From the NCBI GenBank assembly GCA_963806225.1, contig CAWDXG010000004.1, positions 5,472,001 to 5,536,000 of the forward strand: DNA of 64,000 nt, read 5' to 3'. The stretch is from an uncultured delta proteobacterium. GTDB lineage: Bacteria > Myxococcota_A > Polyangia > Polyangiales > Polyangiaceae. The position numbers were made by a program, and so were the translations under genes. The notes beneath the pieces are model-generated. The model was not told where the DNA came from. It did no database searches and saw nothing but the letters and a program-made list of their open reading frames with translations. Shown here piece after piece: positions 38,475 to 48,330 of this stretch (positions within the stretch are counted from its first letter, which is position 1; each line of letters begins with the position of its first letter).

Positions 38475-39220
38475 TAGCCCCACCTCCAGGAGTCCACGAC
38501 GCGGGTCGTGACGAACAGCGGCAGGGCGACCAGCGAGGCGTCGAAGACGAGCCGCCGGAGATCCACGATGCCCTTGGACATCTCGTCGAGCTGCGAGAAG
38601 GCCGAGACGTGCACGCAGATGTCGCGCATCAGCCCCGGGTCGAAGATGTACTCGCCGATGCCGATGATGAACAGCCCCACCAGAGCCAGGATCGTGAACA
38701 GCAGCGCGAGCACCTGGCTCCGGGTCATGGCGCTCATCAGCGTGCCGACCGCGAGGTAGCCGGCGCCGATGCCGATCACCCCCACGTAGCTCGAGCCCAC
38801 GACGTGCCAGTCGATGTGCCCGGTCTTGCGCAGGATGATCACGTAGAGCAGCGTCGGCGCCCAGATCACGAGATAGGTCGTGAACGTGGCCAGGTACTTG
38901 GCTAGCACCACCGCCGTCGGCGTCACCGGCGCCGTCAGCAGAGACTCGATGGTGCCGCTGCGGCGTTCCTCGGCGAACACGCGCATGGTGAGCGCGGGGC
39001 ACAGCATCAGGAGCAGGAGCGGCAGGAAGATCGACTGGCCGAAGTAGGCCTGCACCGGGCCGGTATCGAGATTGACCTGCGAGACCTGCGAGAAATGCAG
39101 GACGATCGAGTAGAAGCTGTAGCCCTGCAAGAGCAGGAACACGACGAGCAGCACCCAGGCCAGCGGAGTGACCCACAGGCTCAGCATCTCGCGCTTGTAG
39201 ATCGCGACAAATCCGCTCAC
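38474..39220 (-). CDS. ABC-2 type permease (GldF-like)
   Basis: IYKREM..TPLAW; PALTMRVFAEERRSGTIESLLTAPV; six TM segments. Confidence 0.85.
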   Translation of the reverse strand: MSGFVAIYKREMLSLWVTPLAWVLLVVFLLLQGYSFYSIVLHFSQVSQVNLDTGPVQAYFGQSIFLPLLLLMLCPALTMRVFAEERRSGTIESLLTAPVTPTAVVLAKYLATFTTYLVIWAPTLLYVIILRKTGHIDWHVVGSSYVGVIGIGAGYLAVGTLMSAMTRSQVLALLFTILALVGLFIIGIGEYIFDPGLMRDICVHVSAFSQLDEMSKGIVDLRRLVFDASLVALPLFVTTRVVDSWRWG

Positions 39221-40197
39221 GAGCCGGACTCCTCGTCGTCGTCGCCGCTCTCGTCTTCCTCGGCGCGGGTCAGCGAAGCGAAGACCTCTTCCAGCGTGGC
39301 GCGCGCCGGGGCCGCCTCGCGCACGCCGATGCCCGCGGCCACCAGCTCGGCGACGAGCTGCTCGAGCAGTGCGCCTGGATCGTCGACGCTCTTTTCGTAG
39401 CGGACGCGCACCCGCACTAGATCATCGTCGGCTGCTCCGGAGGATGCCTTCTTCACGCCCTCGGACTTCGCGAGCAGCGAGCGGGCGCGCTTTTCCGGGT
39501 CGCGCAGCACGAACACCGCCCCGGACGCAGCTCGGCGCGCGCGCAGCTCCTCCAGCGTGCCCTCGGCGACCAGTCGCCCGCGGTCGATCACGATGGCGCG
39601 GTCGCAGGTCGACTCGACCTCCGACAGGATGTGCGTCGAGACGAGCAGCGTGTGCGACTCGCCGAGCGAGCGCACCAGGTGCCTCACCTCGCGGATCTGG
39701 TTCGGGTCGAGCCCCGCCGTGGGCTCGTCCAGGATGAGCAGCGGCGGGTTGGACACCAGCGCGTCGGCCAGCCCCACGCGCTGTCGGTAGCCCTTGGAGA
39801 GGTGTCCGATGAGCGTTCCGCCCATGTCGCTCACGGCCGCCTGCTCCATCGCCCGGTCGACCGCCGAGCTCCGCTCGCCGCGCGGCACCTTCTTTGCCGC
39901 CGCGCGGAAGCGTAGATACTCGCGCACGCGCATCTCCGGATACAGCGGCGAGGCCTCCGGCATGTAGCCGATACAGCGCCGCGCCTCGAGCGATTCGTCC
40001 ACGATGTCGTGCCCGTCGATGCGCACACGACCCGCGGTGGCGCCCAGGAACCCGGCCAGGATGCGCAGCGTCGTGCTCTTGCCGGCCCCGTTCGGCCCGA
40101 GGAAGCCGACCACCTCGCCGCGCCCCACCTGGAAGGAGACGTCGCGCACCGCCACAACGGTGCCGTAGTCCTTCGTCAGGTGCTCGACCTCGATCAC
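39217..40197 (-). CDS. ABC transporter ATP-binding protein (GldA-like)
   Basis: GPNGAGKST, LSKGYRQRVGLA, LILDEPTAGLDP, STHIL; GTG start at 40197. Confidence 0.9.
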   Translation of the reverse strand: MIEVEHLTKDYGTVVAVRDVSFQVGRGEVVGFLGPNGAGKSTTLRILAGFLGATAGRVRIDGHDIVDESLEARRCIGYMPEASPLYPEMRVREYLRFRAAAKKVPRGERSSAVDRAMEQAAVSDMGGTLIGHLSKGYRQRVGLADALVSNPPLLILDEPTAGLDPNQIREVRHLVRSLGESHTLLVSTHILSEVESTCDRAIVIDRGRLVAEGTLEELRARRAASGAVFVLRDPEKRARSLLAKSEGVKKASSGAADDDLVRVRVRYEKSVDDPGALLEQLVAELVAAGIGVREAAPARATLEEVFASLTRAEEDESGDDDEESGS

Positions 40198-40217
40198 GGT
40201 GCGCGCAATACCACGGC

Positions 40218-42737
40218 TCAGGGAAGGCGCGCCACGTCCCAGCGGATGCGCCGCATGGGGCTGTTTTCCACTACCAGGTGAACGTTCGCGAGAGTGATGT
40301 CCGAGCCGGTGGAAAGGGCCGTGGTGACCTCGAGCCGGTCGACGCCGCCTGTCTTCTCGTGGTGGTAGCAGGCTGCGCAATCGGCGATCGTGTCGGCGGC
40401 GACGCTCTGGAGCTTTCCGGGGTTCTTGTGGTCGCCGTCGAGGCGATCGGCGATCAGCCGGGTGCCGTCGGTGAGCGTGAGCTCCGCGTGACCGCCTGGC
40501 GCCAGCGCCACCTTCACATCCAGGCGGTCGGCGACGTCTGCCGGCGTGACCACGGACGGGTCCGTCGCGGGCGCCAGCGTGTCGATGGACGGATCGAGCA
40601 TCGGCAGGATCTGGTTTTCGACCAGCAGGAGCGGGAGCTTGTCGAGCGGCGCCGGGATGGTCACTTCCTGCCCGCCCTTGTAGACGCTGAAGTCGTCCAT
40701 GTCGACGTAGCGCCCGGGCGGCAGCCAGCCCTTCTTCTCGGTCTGGCCGCGGTGGACCACGGGCCAGGCATAGAGCGCCGGTCCGAGGAAGTAGGCGTCC
40801 TCCACGGCCCAGCTGTTCGGGTCATCGGGGTAGAGCAGGAATGGGTGCAGCGTGATCGGCGTGCCCGTCTCGTGGGCCCTCTTCGCCAGCACCGTGAAGT
40901 AGGGCATCAGCCGCGTGTGGAGCCGCGCGTACTTCGAGTAGACCTGGATCGTCTCGTCGTCGTTCCAGAGCTTCCATTTGGTCTTCTTCGAGCCGACAGG
41001 ATTCGAGCAGGCGTTCTGCTCCATCATGACGGGGGACACCGAGCCGAATTCCACCCAGCGCAGCCAGACTTCCTTGTCGTTGGGCGCTTCGGTGATGCAC
41101 TTGAATCCGGTCATGTCGCTGCCCCAGTAGGGCACGCCGGACATCGACAGGTTCACGCCGCCACGCACGGCCGACGGCAGCCCCAGCGTGTTGTCGAAGG
41201 TGGCTTCGGCGTCGCCGCCCCAAACGGCAGGGACGTACTTCTGCGTGCCGGTGTAGCCGGAGCGCACGAAGAACAGATAGTTGCCCGGCCGTTCGCTCTG
41301 CATCAGATCGTGGGCGGCCTTGGCCGAGAGCACGGGATACTGGTTGTGCACCTCCTTGCCGCGGCGGCCGTCGTAGAGCCAGGCGTCGCGCGCCGTGTAC
41401 TCGCCGAAATCGTGCATCCAGCCGTCGTAGCCGAGACCTAGCGTGCGCTGGAGCAGGTTCTTGAACCACGCCACCGCCGCTGGATTCGTGAAGTCGATCT
41501 CGGCGACCTCCAGCAGCGTTCCGGAGATGAATTCCGTGAGCTCCGGCTTGCCGTCGGGGCCGCGTACGAACAGGTTGTGCGCCACGCCGTAGGCGTAGTC
41601 CGCGGCGGACCTGTCGTTGTTCGCGGCGACGTAGGGGTTATTGTACGCCATCACCTTGTAGCCGGCGTCGTGCAGCGTCTTGGTCCAGGTGGACAGCTCG
41701 CTCTCGCGCCCGGTCTGCGACAGCGCGGGCAGGAAGTGCACGGAGTCGTCGATGCCGGTGCAGGGCACGTGCTTTTCCCGCATCAGCTGCCACTCGGGCA
41801 CGCCGTTCACCGTGGCGTTCACTCCCACGCGGCGGCGTGGCCCGAACACCCACGAGGCCGGCACCATCGGCCGGCCCGTGTCCGCCGTGTAGTCCGAGAG
41901 CGAAGCCAGCGGGTCCTTGTGGACGTACACCGTGGCGTCGAAGTGATCGGTGTTCACGTCGAAGCGCCAGGCGTCGTCCTGGTCGCTGTCGAAGTACACC
42001 TCGGTGCGGAACGTCGTATCCAGGTGCACGGCGTAGCCGTGGTTCGAGAGGAAGAACGGAACCGGAAAATACGTCATCGACGGCCCGTTCGGGTACGGGT
42101 TCTTGTCGGAGACCGGCGCGTTCTCGCCCTTGCCGAGCGCGCCCTCTTCGGCCCAGCTGTAGATGGGCCAGCCGCGGTGATCGACCGTGGCGTAGCGCTC
42201 GCCCATGCCGAAGAAGTGCTCGTCCTTGCCGGAGGCGAACGCCATCGTCATCTTGTTCAGCGGCTTTTCCGTGCCGGCGGCCTGGTCGGTCACGACGTGC
42301 AGCCGCACGCGCGCGCCATCGAGCGCAACGTCCAGGCGCATCTTCACGCCGTGGCCCTCGAGCACGAGCTTTGCCGAGTGATCGGTCGAGTCGAGCAGCG
42401 TGGCGCGCGTCGCGTGATGCCAGGCGCCTTCCTGGGCCAGATAGCCGTCCCAGCCGGGCAGCGACTTGGCGACAAAGATCGGGTCATCCACCGTCGCGGC
42501 GAGCGAGCCGTAGGGATCGTCCGACGCGCTTCGGCGGAGCGTGTCGAGCACGGTCTCGCCGTCGGCGTTGTCGATCCGGAGCGCGAAGGGCGCGAGCGTG
42601 ATGCGCGCGGTGACAGCGCCGTCGGACAGCACGACCGGCGGGCCGCTCTTCTCTGTCCCCGAGCTGCCGCAGCCGGCGACGAGCAGGGCGAGCGCGAGGG
42701 TGGGAACGCGCGCGGCGCGGAGCGGGGCGGGGAACAT
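40218..42737 (-). CDS. Glycoside hydrolase family 31 lipoprotein
   Basis: Lipobox VAGC; FFGMGER; YFPVPFFLS; IDFTNP; nucleophile GWMHDFGEY; WGGD; acid/base WGSDMTGF. Confidence 0.85.
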   Translation of the reverse strand: MFPAPLRAARVPTLALALLVAGCGSSGTEKSGPPVVLSDGAVTARITLAPFALRIDNADGETVLDTLRRSASDDPYGSLAATVDDPIFVAKSLPGWDGYLAQEGAWHHATRATLLDSTDHSAKLVLEGHGVKMRLDVALDGARVRLHVVTDQAAGTEKPLNKMTMAFASGKDEHFFGMGERYATVDHRGWPIYSWAEEGALGKGENAPVSDKNPYPNGPSMTYFPVPFFLSNHGYAVHLDTTFRTEVYFDSDQDDAWRFDVNTDHFDATVYVHKDPLASLSDYTADTGRPMVPASWVFGPRRRVGVNATVNGVPEWQLMREKHVPCTGIDDSVHFLPALSQTGRESELSTWTKTLHDAGYKVMAYNNPYVAANNDRSAADYAYGVAHNLFVRGPDGKPELTEFISGTLLEVAEIDFTNPAAVAWFKNLLQRTLGLGYDGWMHDFGEYTARDAWLYDGRRGKEVHNQYPVLSAKAAHDLMQSERPGNYLFFVRSGYTGTQKYVPAVWGGDAEATFDNTLGLPSAVRGGVNLSMSGVPYWGSDMTGFKCITEAPNDKEVWLRWVEFGSVSPVMMEQNACSNPVGSKKTKWKLWNDDETIQVYSKYARLHTRLMPYFTVLAKRAHETGTPITLHPFLLYPDDPNSWAVEDAYFLGPALYAWPVVHRGQTEKKGWLPPGRYVDMDDFSVYKGGQEVTIPAPLDKLPLLLVENQILPMLDPSIDTLAPATDPSVVTPADVADRLDVKVALAPGGHAELTLTDGTRLIADRLDGDHKNPGKLQSVAADTIADCAACYHHEKTGGVDRLEVTTALSTGSDITLANVHLVVENSPMRRIRWDVARLP

Positions 42738-42868
42738 GGGGCGCTATCCTGCCATGCGGCCCAGGTCGCGGGCAGTCCCGCCGCTTCGGGACAAGGCGAC
42801 CGGCCGCTGGGTCGACCCGGGCGCACGGGTTTGCCCACGCGGCGCGCGATGGCGTAAGCCTGGGGGCG

Positions 42869-43888
42869 ATGTTCCGCCGAAGTCTGTTCCTTCTGTGTGG
42901 AGCGCTGGTCGTGGCCTGCAACGGGATCTCGGAGCCGAAGTCCCGGCCGGCGCCGCGCGCCGCCGCTCCCGCCAGCGTGAGCGCTGCCCCCGTACCATCC
43001 GCTGCTCCCGCGGAGTCGACCGCGCCGCCCTCCACCGACGCCGGATCCGGCGACGCGGCCGTCGCCGACGCCGCGCCGGAAGCCGCCACCCACGCCGACA
43101 TCCCGCCGGACATGCTGCCCGTCCCGGGCGGCACGTTCATCATGGGCGCGGACGAAGGCGGCGAGAAGGACGAGCATCCCGCGCACAAGGTCACCATCAA
43201 GGGCTTTCTGCTCGACAAGACCGAGGTCACCAACGAGGCGTATATGGAGTGCGTTCACGCCAAGGTGTGCCGCATGTACCGCACCGACGCGGCGGTGCGC
43301 TTCCACGCCGGGCCGGACTCGGCGTTCCGTCACCCGAAGCAGCCGGTGTCGGCCGTGAGCTGGCAGGACGCCGAGACGTACTGCAAGTGGCGCGGCAAGC
43401 GACTGCCGACCGAAGCGGAGTGGGAGCACGCCGCGCGCGGCACGGACGGCCGCAAGTATCCATGGGGAAATCACCCGCCGGACCACACCGACGGCTGCTT
43501 CTCCGGCGGCCCGCCGCCCTGCGCCGGAACGACGGCGCCCGTTGGATCCTATCCCGCCGGCGCCGGGCCGTACGGCCACCTGGATCTGGCTGGCAACGTC
43601 TGGGAGTGGACCGCGACGTACTACGACCCGTACGCCTACAGGCGCCCCAGCGCCGACAAGGGGATCCCCGGTACCTGTCCGGAGATCAAGCAGACGCAGG
43701 ACTGGCTGCGCAAACACAACAAGCAGGGCTTCACCGGGTCCAATCCCATCCCCACCATCTGCGATCGCGTGCTGCGCGGCGGCGCGTACAACTACTTCCC
43801 GAAGGGCCTGCGCTCGAGCAACCGCGTGCACCACCCGGGGCGCTTCCGCATCCTCGTGGCGGGCTTCCGCTGCGCGAAGGATAGATGA
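42869..43888 (+). CDS. Formylglycine-generating enzyme (SUMF1/FGE-sulfatase) domain lipoprotein
   Basis: Lipobox VVAC; TEVTN, PVSAVSW, RLPTEAEWEHAARG, DLAGNVWEW, RVLRGG, GFRC. Confidence 0.88.
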   Translation: MFRRSLFLLCGALVVACNGISEPKSRPAPRAAAPASVSAAPVPSAAPAESTAPPSTDAGSGDAAVADAAPEAATHADIPPDMLPVPGGTFIMGADEGGEKDEHPAHKVTIKGFLLDKTEVTNEAYMECVHAKVCRMYRTDAAVRFHAGPDSAFRHPKQPVSAVSWQDAETYCKWRGKRLPTEAEWEHAARGTDGRKYPWGNHPPDHTDGCFSGGPPPCAGTTAPVGSYPAGAGPYGHLDLAGNVWEWTATYYDPYAYRRPSADKGIPGTCPEIKQTQDWLRKHNKQGFTGSNPIPTICDRVLRGGAYNYFPKGLRSSNRVHHPGRFRILVAGFRCAKDR

Positions 43889-43889
43889 G

Positions 43890-45119
43890 TCAGTCCGCGC
43901 CGCTCTCGTCGAGCTTTTCGTCGATGAGAGCCATCAGCTTGCCGATGCGCGCCGGCCAGGAGTGGGTTTCGGCGAGTGCAAGCCGCCGCTCGCGGCCCGT
44001 GTCCGGTTCCGAAAGCGCTTCGCTGCAGCGCTCCACGAACTCTTCCGCCGTGCCGGCGACGCGCACGGCGTCGTAGAACTCCTCGAGCGCCGGCAGCTTC
44101 GAGATGACGACGGGCTTGCCCGTGGCCATGAACTCGAAGAACTTGATGGGGAAAACGGCCCGCGTGTAGTCGTTGATGCGGTAGGGGATCACCGCCAGAT
44201 CGAAGCCGCGTAGATAGCCCGGAAGCTCCGCGTAGTCGCGCCGCCCGAGCAGGTGGACGTTCGGCAGCTCCTCCAGCCGTCGGGTGTCCGTGCCGGGATC
44301 CGCGACGCCGGTCGGCCCGATCAGCACGATGCTCCACCCTGGTCGGGCGCGGGCGAGCGCCAGCACCCACTCCGTGTCGAGCTTGTAGTCGCTGACCGCG
44401 CCGACGAAGCCCACGATCGGTCGCTCGAGCCGCGTGAGCTCCGCCGGCACCTCCGTGGCCGGGTCCATTGCTTTTTTGAAGTGCTCCGCGTCGCCGACGT
44501 TGTGCACCAGATGCGTGTTGCCCGGCTTCAGTGCGCGCTTGGCGTCGTAGAGCGCGCGGCTTGTCGTGAACACGAGATCCGCCTCGCCGCACAGCTCGCG
44601 CTCCCGTCGACTGATCCAGCTCTCGTGTCCCCGGAATTCCGGAAACGCGCTGTACTCGTCCACGCAGTCGTAGACGATGAGCTTGTGCGGCAGCTCCCGC
44701 ACCCGACCCCCGAACCCCGGGTGATACACCCAGATGATGGGATCCAGGATGCGCTCGCGCTCCAGGAAGCGCTTGAGGAGGTGGACGCGCAGGTCGAAGC
44801 TGCCGAACACGCGCAGCGGATTGCCGTGCTGGAAGGGATCGGTGAGCAGCGCCGAGGAGTGGAAGTCGAGCACGGTGACGCCGTCTTCGGTTCGCTCGTA
44901 GGGAGCGAGCAGCATGTCCACGGGGTGCAGCGCGGACCACTTGTCCTGCCGGACCTTGCGCCGGGCCAGCTCCGCCAGCGGCATCGGGCTGAAGTCGACG
45001 TGCAGCACGTGGTGCTGCCGGCCCAGCCGGCTCATGATGTGCTGCTTGTTCGTCCACATGCCGTCGCTCCAGTCCTGGGACGACAGACAGACGATGGTGT
45101 GGCGACGCGACTCGGCCAT
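43890..45119 (-). CDS. Glycosyltransferase family 4 (TuaH-like)
   Basis: WTNKQHIM, YDCVDEY, DLVFTTS, GFVGAV, PIKFFEFMATGKPVV. Confidence 0.85.
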   Translation of the reverse strand: MAESRRHTIVCLSSQDWSDGMWTNKQHIMSRLGRQHHVLHVDFSPMPLAELARRKVRQDKWSALHPVDMLLAPYERTEDGVTVLDFHSSALLTDPFQHGNPLRVFGSFDLRVHLLKRFLERERILDPIIWVYHPGFGGRVRELPHKLIVYDCVDEYSAFPEFRGHESWISRRERELCGEADLVFTTSRALYDAKRALKPGNTHLVHNVGDAEHFKKAMDPATEVPAELTRLERPIVGFVGAVSDYKLDTEWVLALARARPGWSIVLIGPTGVADPGTDTRRLEELPNVHLLGRRDYAELPGYLRGFDLAVIPYRINDYTRAVFPIKFFEFMATGKPVVISKLPALEEFYDAVRVAGTAEEFVERCSEALSEPDTGRERRLALAETHSWPARIGKLMALIDEKLDESGAD

Positions 45120-45272
45120 CCGCGGGGCATCGTAGCCGCGATGGCGCGCCCATCAAACGCCATCCGCTCTTGCACCGGCCCGTCGCCCGGGTAGACTGCG
45201 CCGGTTGTCCGCCGGCAGAGCTTGCGATCACATCCCGCACGCACCCGGCTTCTCACCCGACGAGGCACAGAG

Positions 45273-45839
45273 ATGGGCGAAAAGGAAGCTCTTCCGGTCT
45301 ACATGGATCCCATCGAGTTCTCGCAGCTCCTGGCGATCGTCAACACGCTCGGGCCCAGGCGCTGCCTCGAGTGGGGGAGCGGTGGCAGCACCCGCGCGCT
45401 GCTCGAGCACTGTCCGTTTATCGAACAGTACGTGTCGGTCGAGCACGACGGCGAGTGGCACGAGCAGGTCAAGCAGCGCGTGGAGGACCCGCGACTCGAG
45501 CTCAATCACGTGCCCCCGGACAAGCCGATGTCACCCGGCAAGCACAAGCACGAGGAAGTCGTCGCCTGGGACGCCAGCGGCGAAGTCGACCCCGGGGTGA
45601 TGGCGCACTACGTCGCTTTCCCCGCTACCCTGAACCAACAGTTCGACTTCGTGCTGGTCGACGGCCGGGCGCGATGCTTCTGCCTGAAGGCAGGCTGGGA
45701 GCTGCTCCGGCCAGGCGGAGTGATCGTCCTGCACGACGCGCAGCGCACCCAGTACCACGACGCGGTCCGCGCGCTGGGTCGCGCGGTGTTCCTCGAGCCG
45801 TGGAAGCAAGGGCAGCTCTGCCTCGTGCGCAAGGATTGA
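45273..45839 (+). CDS. Class I SAM-dependent methyltransferase
   Basis: LEWGSGGST, SVEHD..W, FDFVLVDGRAR, PGGVIVLHDA. Confidence 0.78.
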   Translation: MGEKEALPVYMDPIEFSQLLAIVNTLGPRRCLEWGSGGSTRALLEHCPFIEQYVSVEHDGEWHEQVKQRVEDPRLELNHVPPDKPMSPGKHKHEEVVAWDASGEVDPGVMAHYVAFPATLNQQFDFVLVDGRARCFCLKAGWELLRPGGVIVLHDAQRTQYHDAVRALGRAVFLEPWKQGQLCLVRKD

Positions 45840-45888
45840 GCTCCGGGTCCGATCCAGGTCCGGCGCCGTCGACCAGCACAACAGCCCC

Positions 45889-47490
45889 TTGAACACCGAC
45901 CCCACACCCGAGGCCGCGCCGCCAGACGAGGAGGCGGAAGCCGACGCAGGCGGCGCCTCGTCCTCTGCCGGCTCAGGCGGCTCCCCGCCTTCCGGCGACG
46001 GCGCGAAACACGCCCGCCAGGCGGGCATCCTGGTGCTGGGCACGACCCTCGCGACGCTGTCCGGGGTCATCGTTCCGCTGCTGGTCGTGCGCCTCATCGG
46101 CAAGGCCGATGTCGCCGCGCTGATGGCACTGCTGCTCGTCTACGAGACGGTCACGCTGATCGTCACGGCGGGCTTCCCCCAGACCTTGATGTATCACCTG
46201 CCGGCGCGCAGCCTGGCCGAGCGTCGCGCGGTCGCGCGCAAGATCGCCAGCACGCTGATGCTACTCGGCATCGGCGCCGGCGTGCTGCTCACAGGGGTCG
46301 CCGAGTTCGGAAACGCTTTCACGGGCATCTTCGCGCACTCGACCAAGCAGTCGGTGGACCTGCGTCCCGTGCTGGCGCTCGCCGTCATGCCGATCGGGGA
46401 TCTCCCGGCGCGCATGCTGCCGAATCTGCTCGTGGTGGAAAACCGCGCGCGGGCGGCCTCCGTCGTCGGCGTCCTGAGATCCATCGCAAGAACGCTCGCA
46501 ACGCTCGTCCCGCTGGCGCTCGGCTACGGGGTGTGGACGGTCGCAGTCTGCATCACGGTAACCGGGCTGTTGCATGGCCTGGTGGTGGTCTACTTCCTCC
46601 GCGACCTGTATCGCGGAGCGGAGCCCGTCGAGTGCCCGATCAGCCGACGGGAACTGTTCCGCTTCGCCATCCCGCTCGGCACGACGGACGTCGTTTCCAT
46701 GCTCAACAACGGGCTGGATCGCTACCTGATCCTGCTCGCTTTTCCTGCTGCAGCTTTCGCCGACTACCAGGCGGGCGCGTGGCAGGTCCCCGTCATCAGT
46801 TACGTGCCCTACGCCGTGGGGATCGCGTTCGCGCCGCGCTTCGTCGAGCTCTTCAAGGCGAAGAAGCCGCGGGAAGCACTCGCGATCTGGCAGCACTCGA
46901 TCGAGAAAGTCAGCCTGATCGTGCTGCCGGCGACAGCGGTCTTCGTTGTCGGCGCGGAAGAGTTGATGCAGCTGCTCTTCACTCATGCCTACATCGGCGC
47001 TGCGCCGGTATTCCGTCTGTATTCCATCCTGACGCTCGGGCGTGTGGCGGCCTTCGGCAACGTCATCGTCGCGGCCGGCAGGCCCCGCTATGTGCTGCAG
47101 GCCGCCGTGCTCTCGCTGGGCTCGAACCTGCTGATCAGCGTGCCGCTGGTGTTCACGCTCGGCTTCACGGGACCAGCGCTCGGGACCGTGCTGGCGTTCA
47201 TCCCGACGGTGCTCTTCTACTGCTGGTGCATCGGCCGCGCGTCGGACGTTCCGATGCGGGAAGTGTTCCCGCTCAAGCGCTACGGCCGCGTGCTGCTGTT
47301 GTGCGCGGTGGCGGCCGTCCCGGCCGCTCTGTTCAAGCTCGAGATCCACGCTTCCGTAGGGCTGAAGCTGCTCGGCGAAGCGGTGCTTCTGCTCGGAACC
47401 TTCTCGATGCTCGGTACGCTCGCGAAGATCATCGACCGGGACGACTGGGCCTTCGCGTATAACTGGCTCAGGCTGAAGGTGTTGCGCTGA
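45889..47490 (+). CDS. Oligosaccharide flippase (Wzx/MOP family)
   Basis: About 12-14 TM helices; LFRFAIPLG..S.LN..LDR; located among glycosyltransferases. Confidence 0.82.
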   Translation: MNTDPTPEAAPPDEEAEADAGGASSSAGSGGSPPSGDGAKHARQAGILVLGTTLATLSGVIVPLLVVRLIGKADVAALMALLLVYETVTLIVTAGFPQTLMYHLPARSLAERRAVARKIASTLMLLGIGAGVLLTGVAEFGNAFTGIFAHSTKQSVDLRPVLALAVMPIGDLPARMLPNLLVVENRARAASVVGVLRSIARTLATLVPLALGYGVWTVAVCITVTGLLHGLVVVYFLRDLYRGAEPVECPISRRELFRFAIPLGTTDVVSMLNNGLDRYLILLAFPAAAFADYQAGAWQVPVISYVPYAVGIAFAPRFVELFKAKKPREALAIWQHSIEKVSLIVLPATAVFVVGAEELMQLLFTHAYIGAAPVFRLYSILTLGRVAAFGNVIVAAGRPRYVLQAAVLSLGSNLLISVPLVFTLGFTGPALGTVLAFIPTVLFYCWCIGRASDVPMREVFPLKRYGRVLLLCAVAAVPAALFKLEIHASVGLKLLGEAVLLLGTFSMLGTLAKIIDRDDWAFAYNWLRLKVLR

Positions 47491-47494
47491 GCGC

Positions 47495-48244
47495 TCATCC
47501 GTGGATGAACGAGAATTCGTGTCCGCTGTCGGATGCGTCGAAGATGTGGTAGCCGGCGCGGTTGAGCTCTGCGATGGCGCGCTCCGTCCGCAGCAGCGGA
47601 ACTCCCGGCAGGTGGTGGTGGAACTCCATCAGGAGCTGTCGGATTGGGATGCCGGACGCGAGCAGGTCGTCGATGACGCCGTACTCGGCGCCCTCGATAT
47701 CCATCTTCAGCACGTCGATGTGTTCGTGGCCGAGCTCGCGCGCAATCGTCGATAGCCGTCGCACCTCGACCTTCACCGTCTCCCGCGTAGCCCCCTCGCG
47801 GGGCAGGAGCGTGTGCGAGATGTGCTCGGGGTTTTCCGGGGGTGTGAAGCTCGCCGTTCCGTCGTAGTCGGCCAGCCCGTACTCGTGGAGCACCAGACCC
47901 GTCACGTCCTGCGCGCGCACCCACTCGATCGAGCGCGGCGTTGGGTCGAAGGCGTGGATGGTGACGCCGAAGCGCTCGATCATCGCCAGGTCGAAAGACA
48001 CGTCCTCGCCGATGCCGAAGGAGTAGACGACGCTCCCGGCGTCGAGGCCCTCGGGGCAGACGAAGTAGCCGCCGTAGTCGTTGCCCATGCGGAGCATGGA
48101 CTTCTCCGCCTGGACGCCCTGCCAGGGCTTGCCGGCCAGGCGGCGACGGACCGAGCCCGCCGTCCTTCTCAGCGCGCGGGTGACCATGGTGCTGTCCTCC
48201 TCGGCCCAACCGATCGCCGGGGCTCCGCTGGCGATGGCCTGCAT
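47495..48244 (-). CDS. FkbM-family methyltransferase
   Basis: YGG, VYSFGIGEDVSFD, AFDPTP, IDVLKMDIEGAEY, EFHH; start uncertain (48244 or 48187). Confidence 0.82.
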   Translation of the reverse strand: MQAIASGAPAIGWAEEDSTMVTRALRRTAGSVRRRLAGKPWQGVQAEKSMLRMGNDYGGYFVCPEGLDAGSVVYSFGIGEDVSFDLAMIERFGVTIHAFDPTPRSIEWVRAQDVTGLVLHEYGLADYDGTASFTPPENPEHISHTLLPREGATRETVKVEVRRLSTIARELGHEHIDVLKMDIEGAEYGVIDDLLASGIPIRQLLMEFHHHLPGVPLLRTERAIAELNRAGYHIFDASDSGHEFSFIHG

Positions 48245-48330
48245 CGTATCATCCTCTGGACTTTGGCTTGCGCGCGCATGGATGCAAGGCTCTGCTCCCG
48301 ACGGGTGCCGGCCCGGGCCGCCCGCCCTCG

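Noticed and set aside
6927..43888. FGE (42869) as maturase for the sulfatase-like gene (6927)
   Set aside because: The genes are 34 kb apart, the sulfatase-like protein has no (C/S)xPxR motif, and the FGE-domain protein is a lipoprotein lacking the catalytic CxxxxC core.
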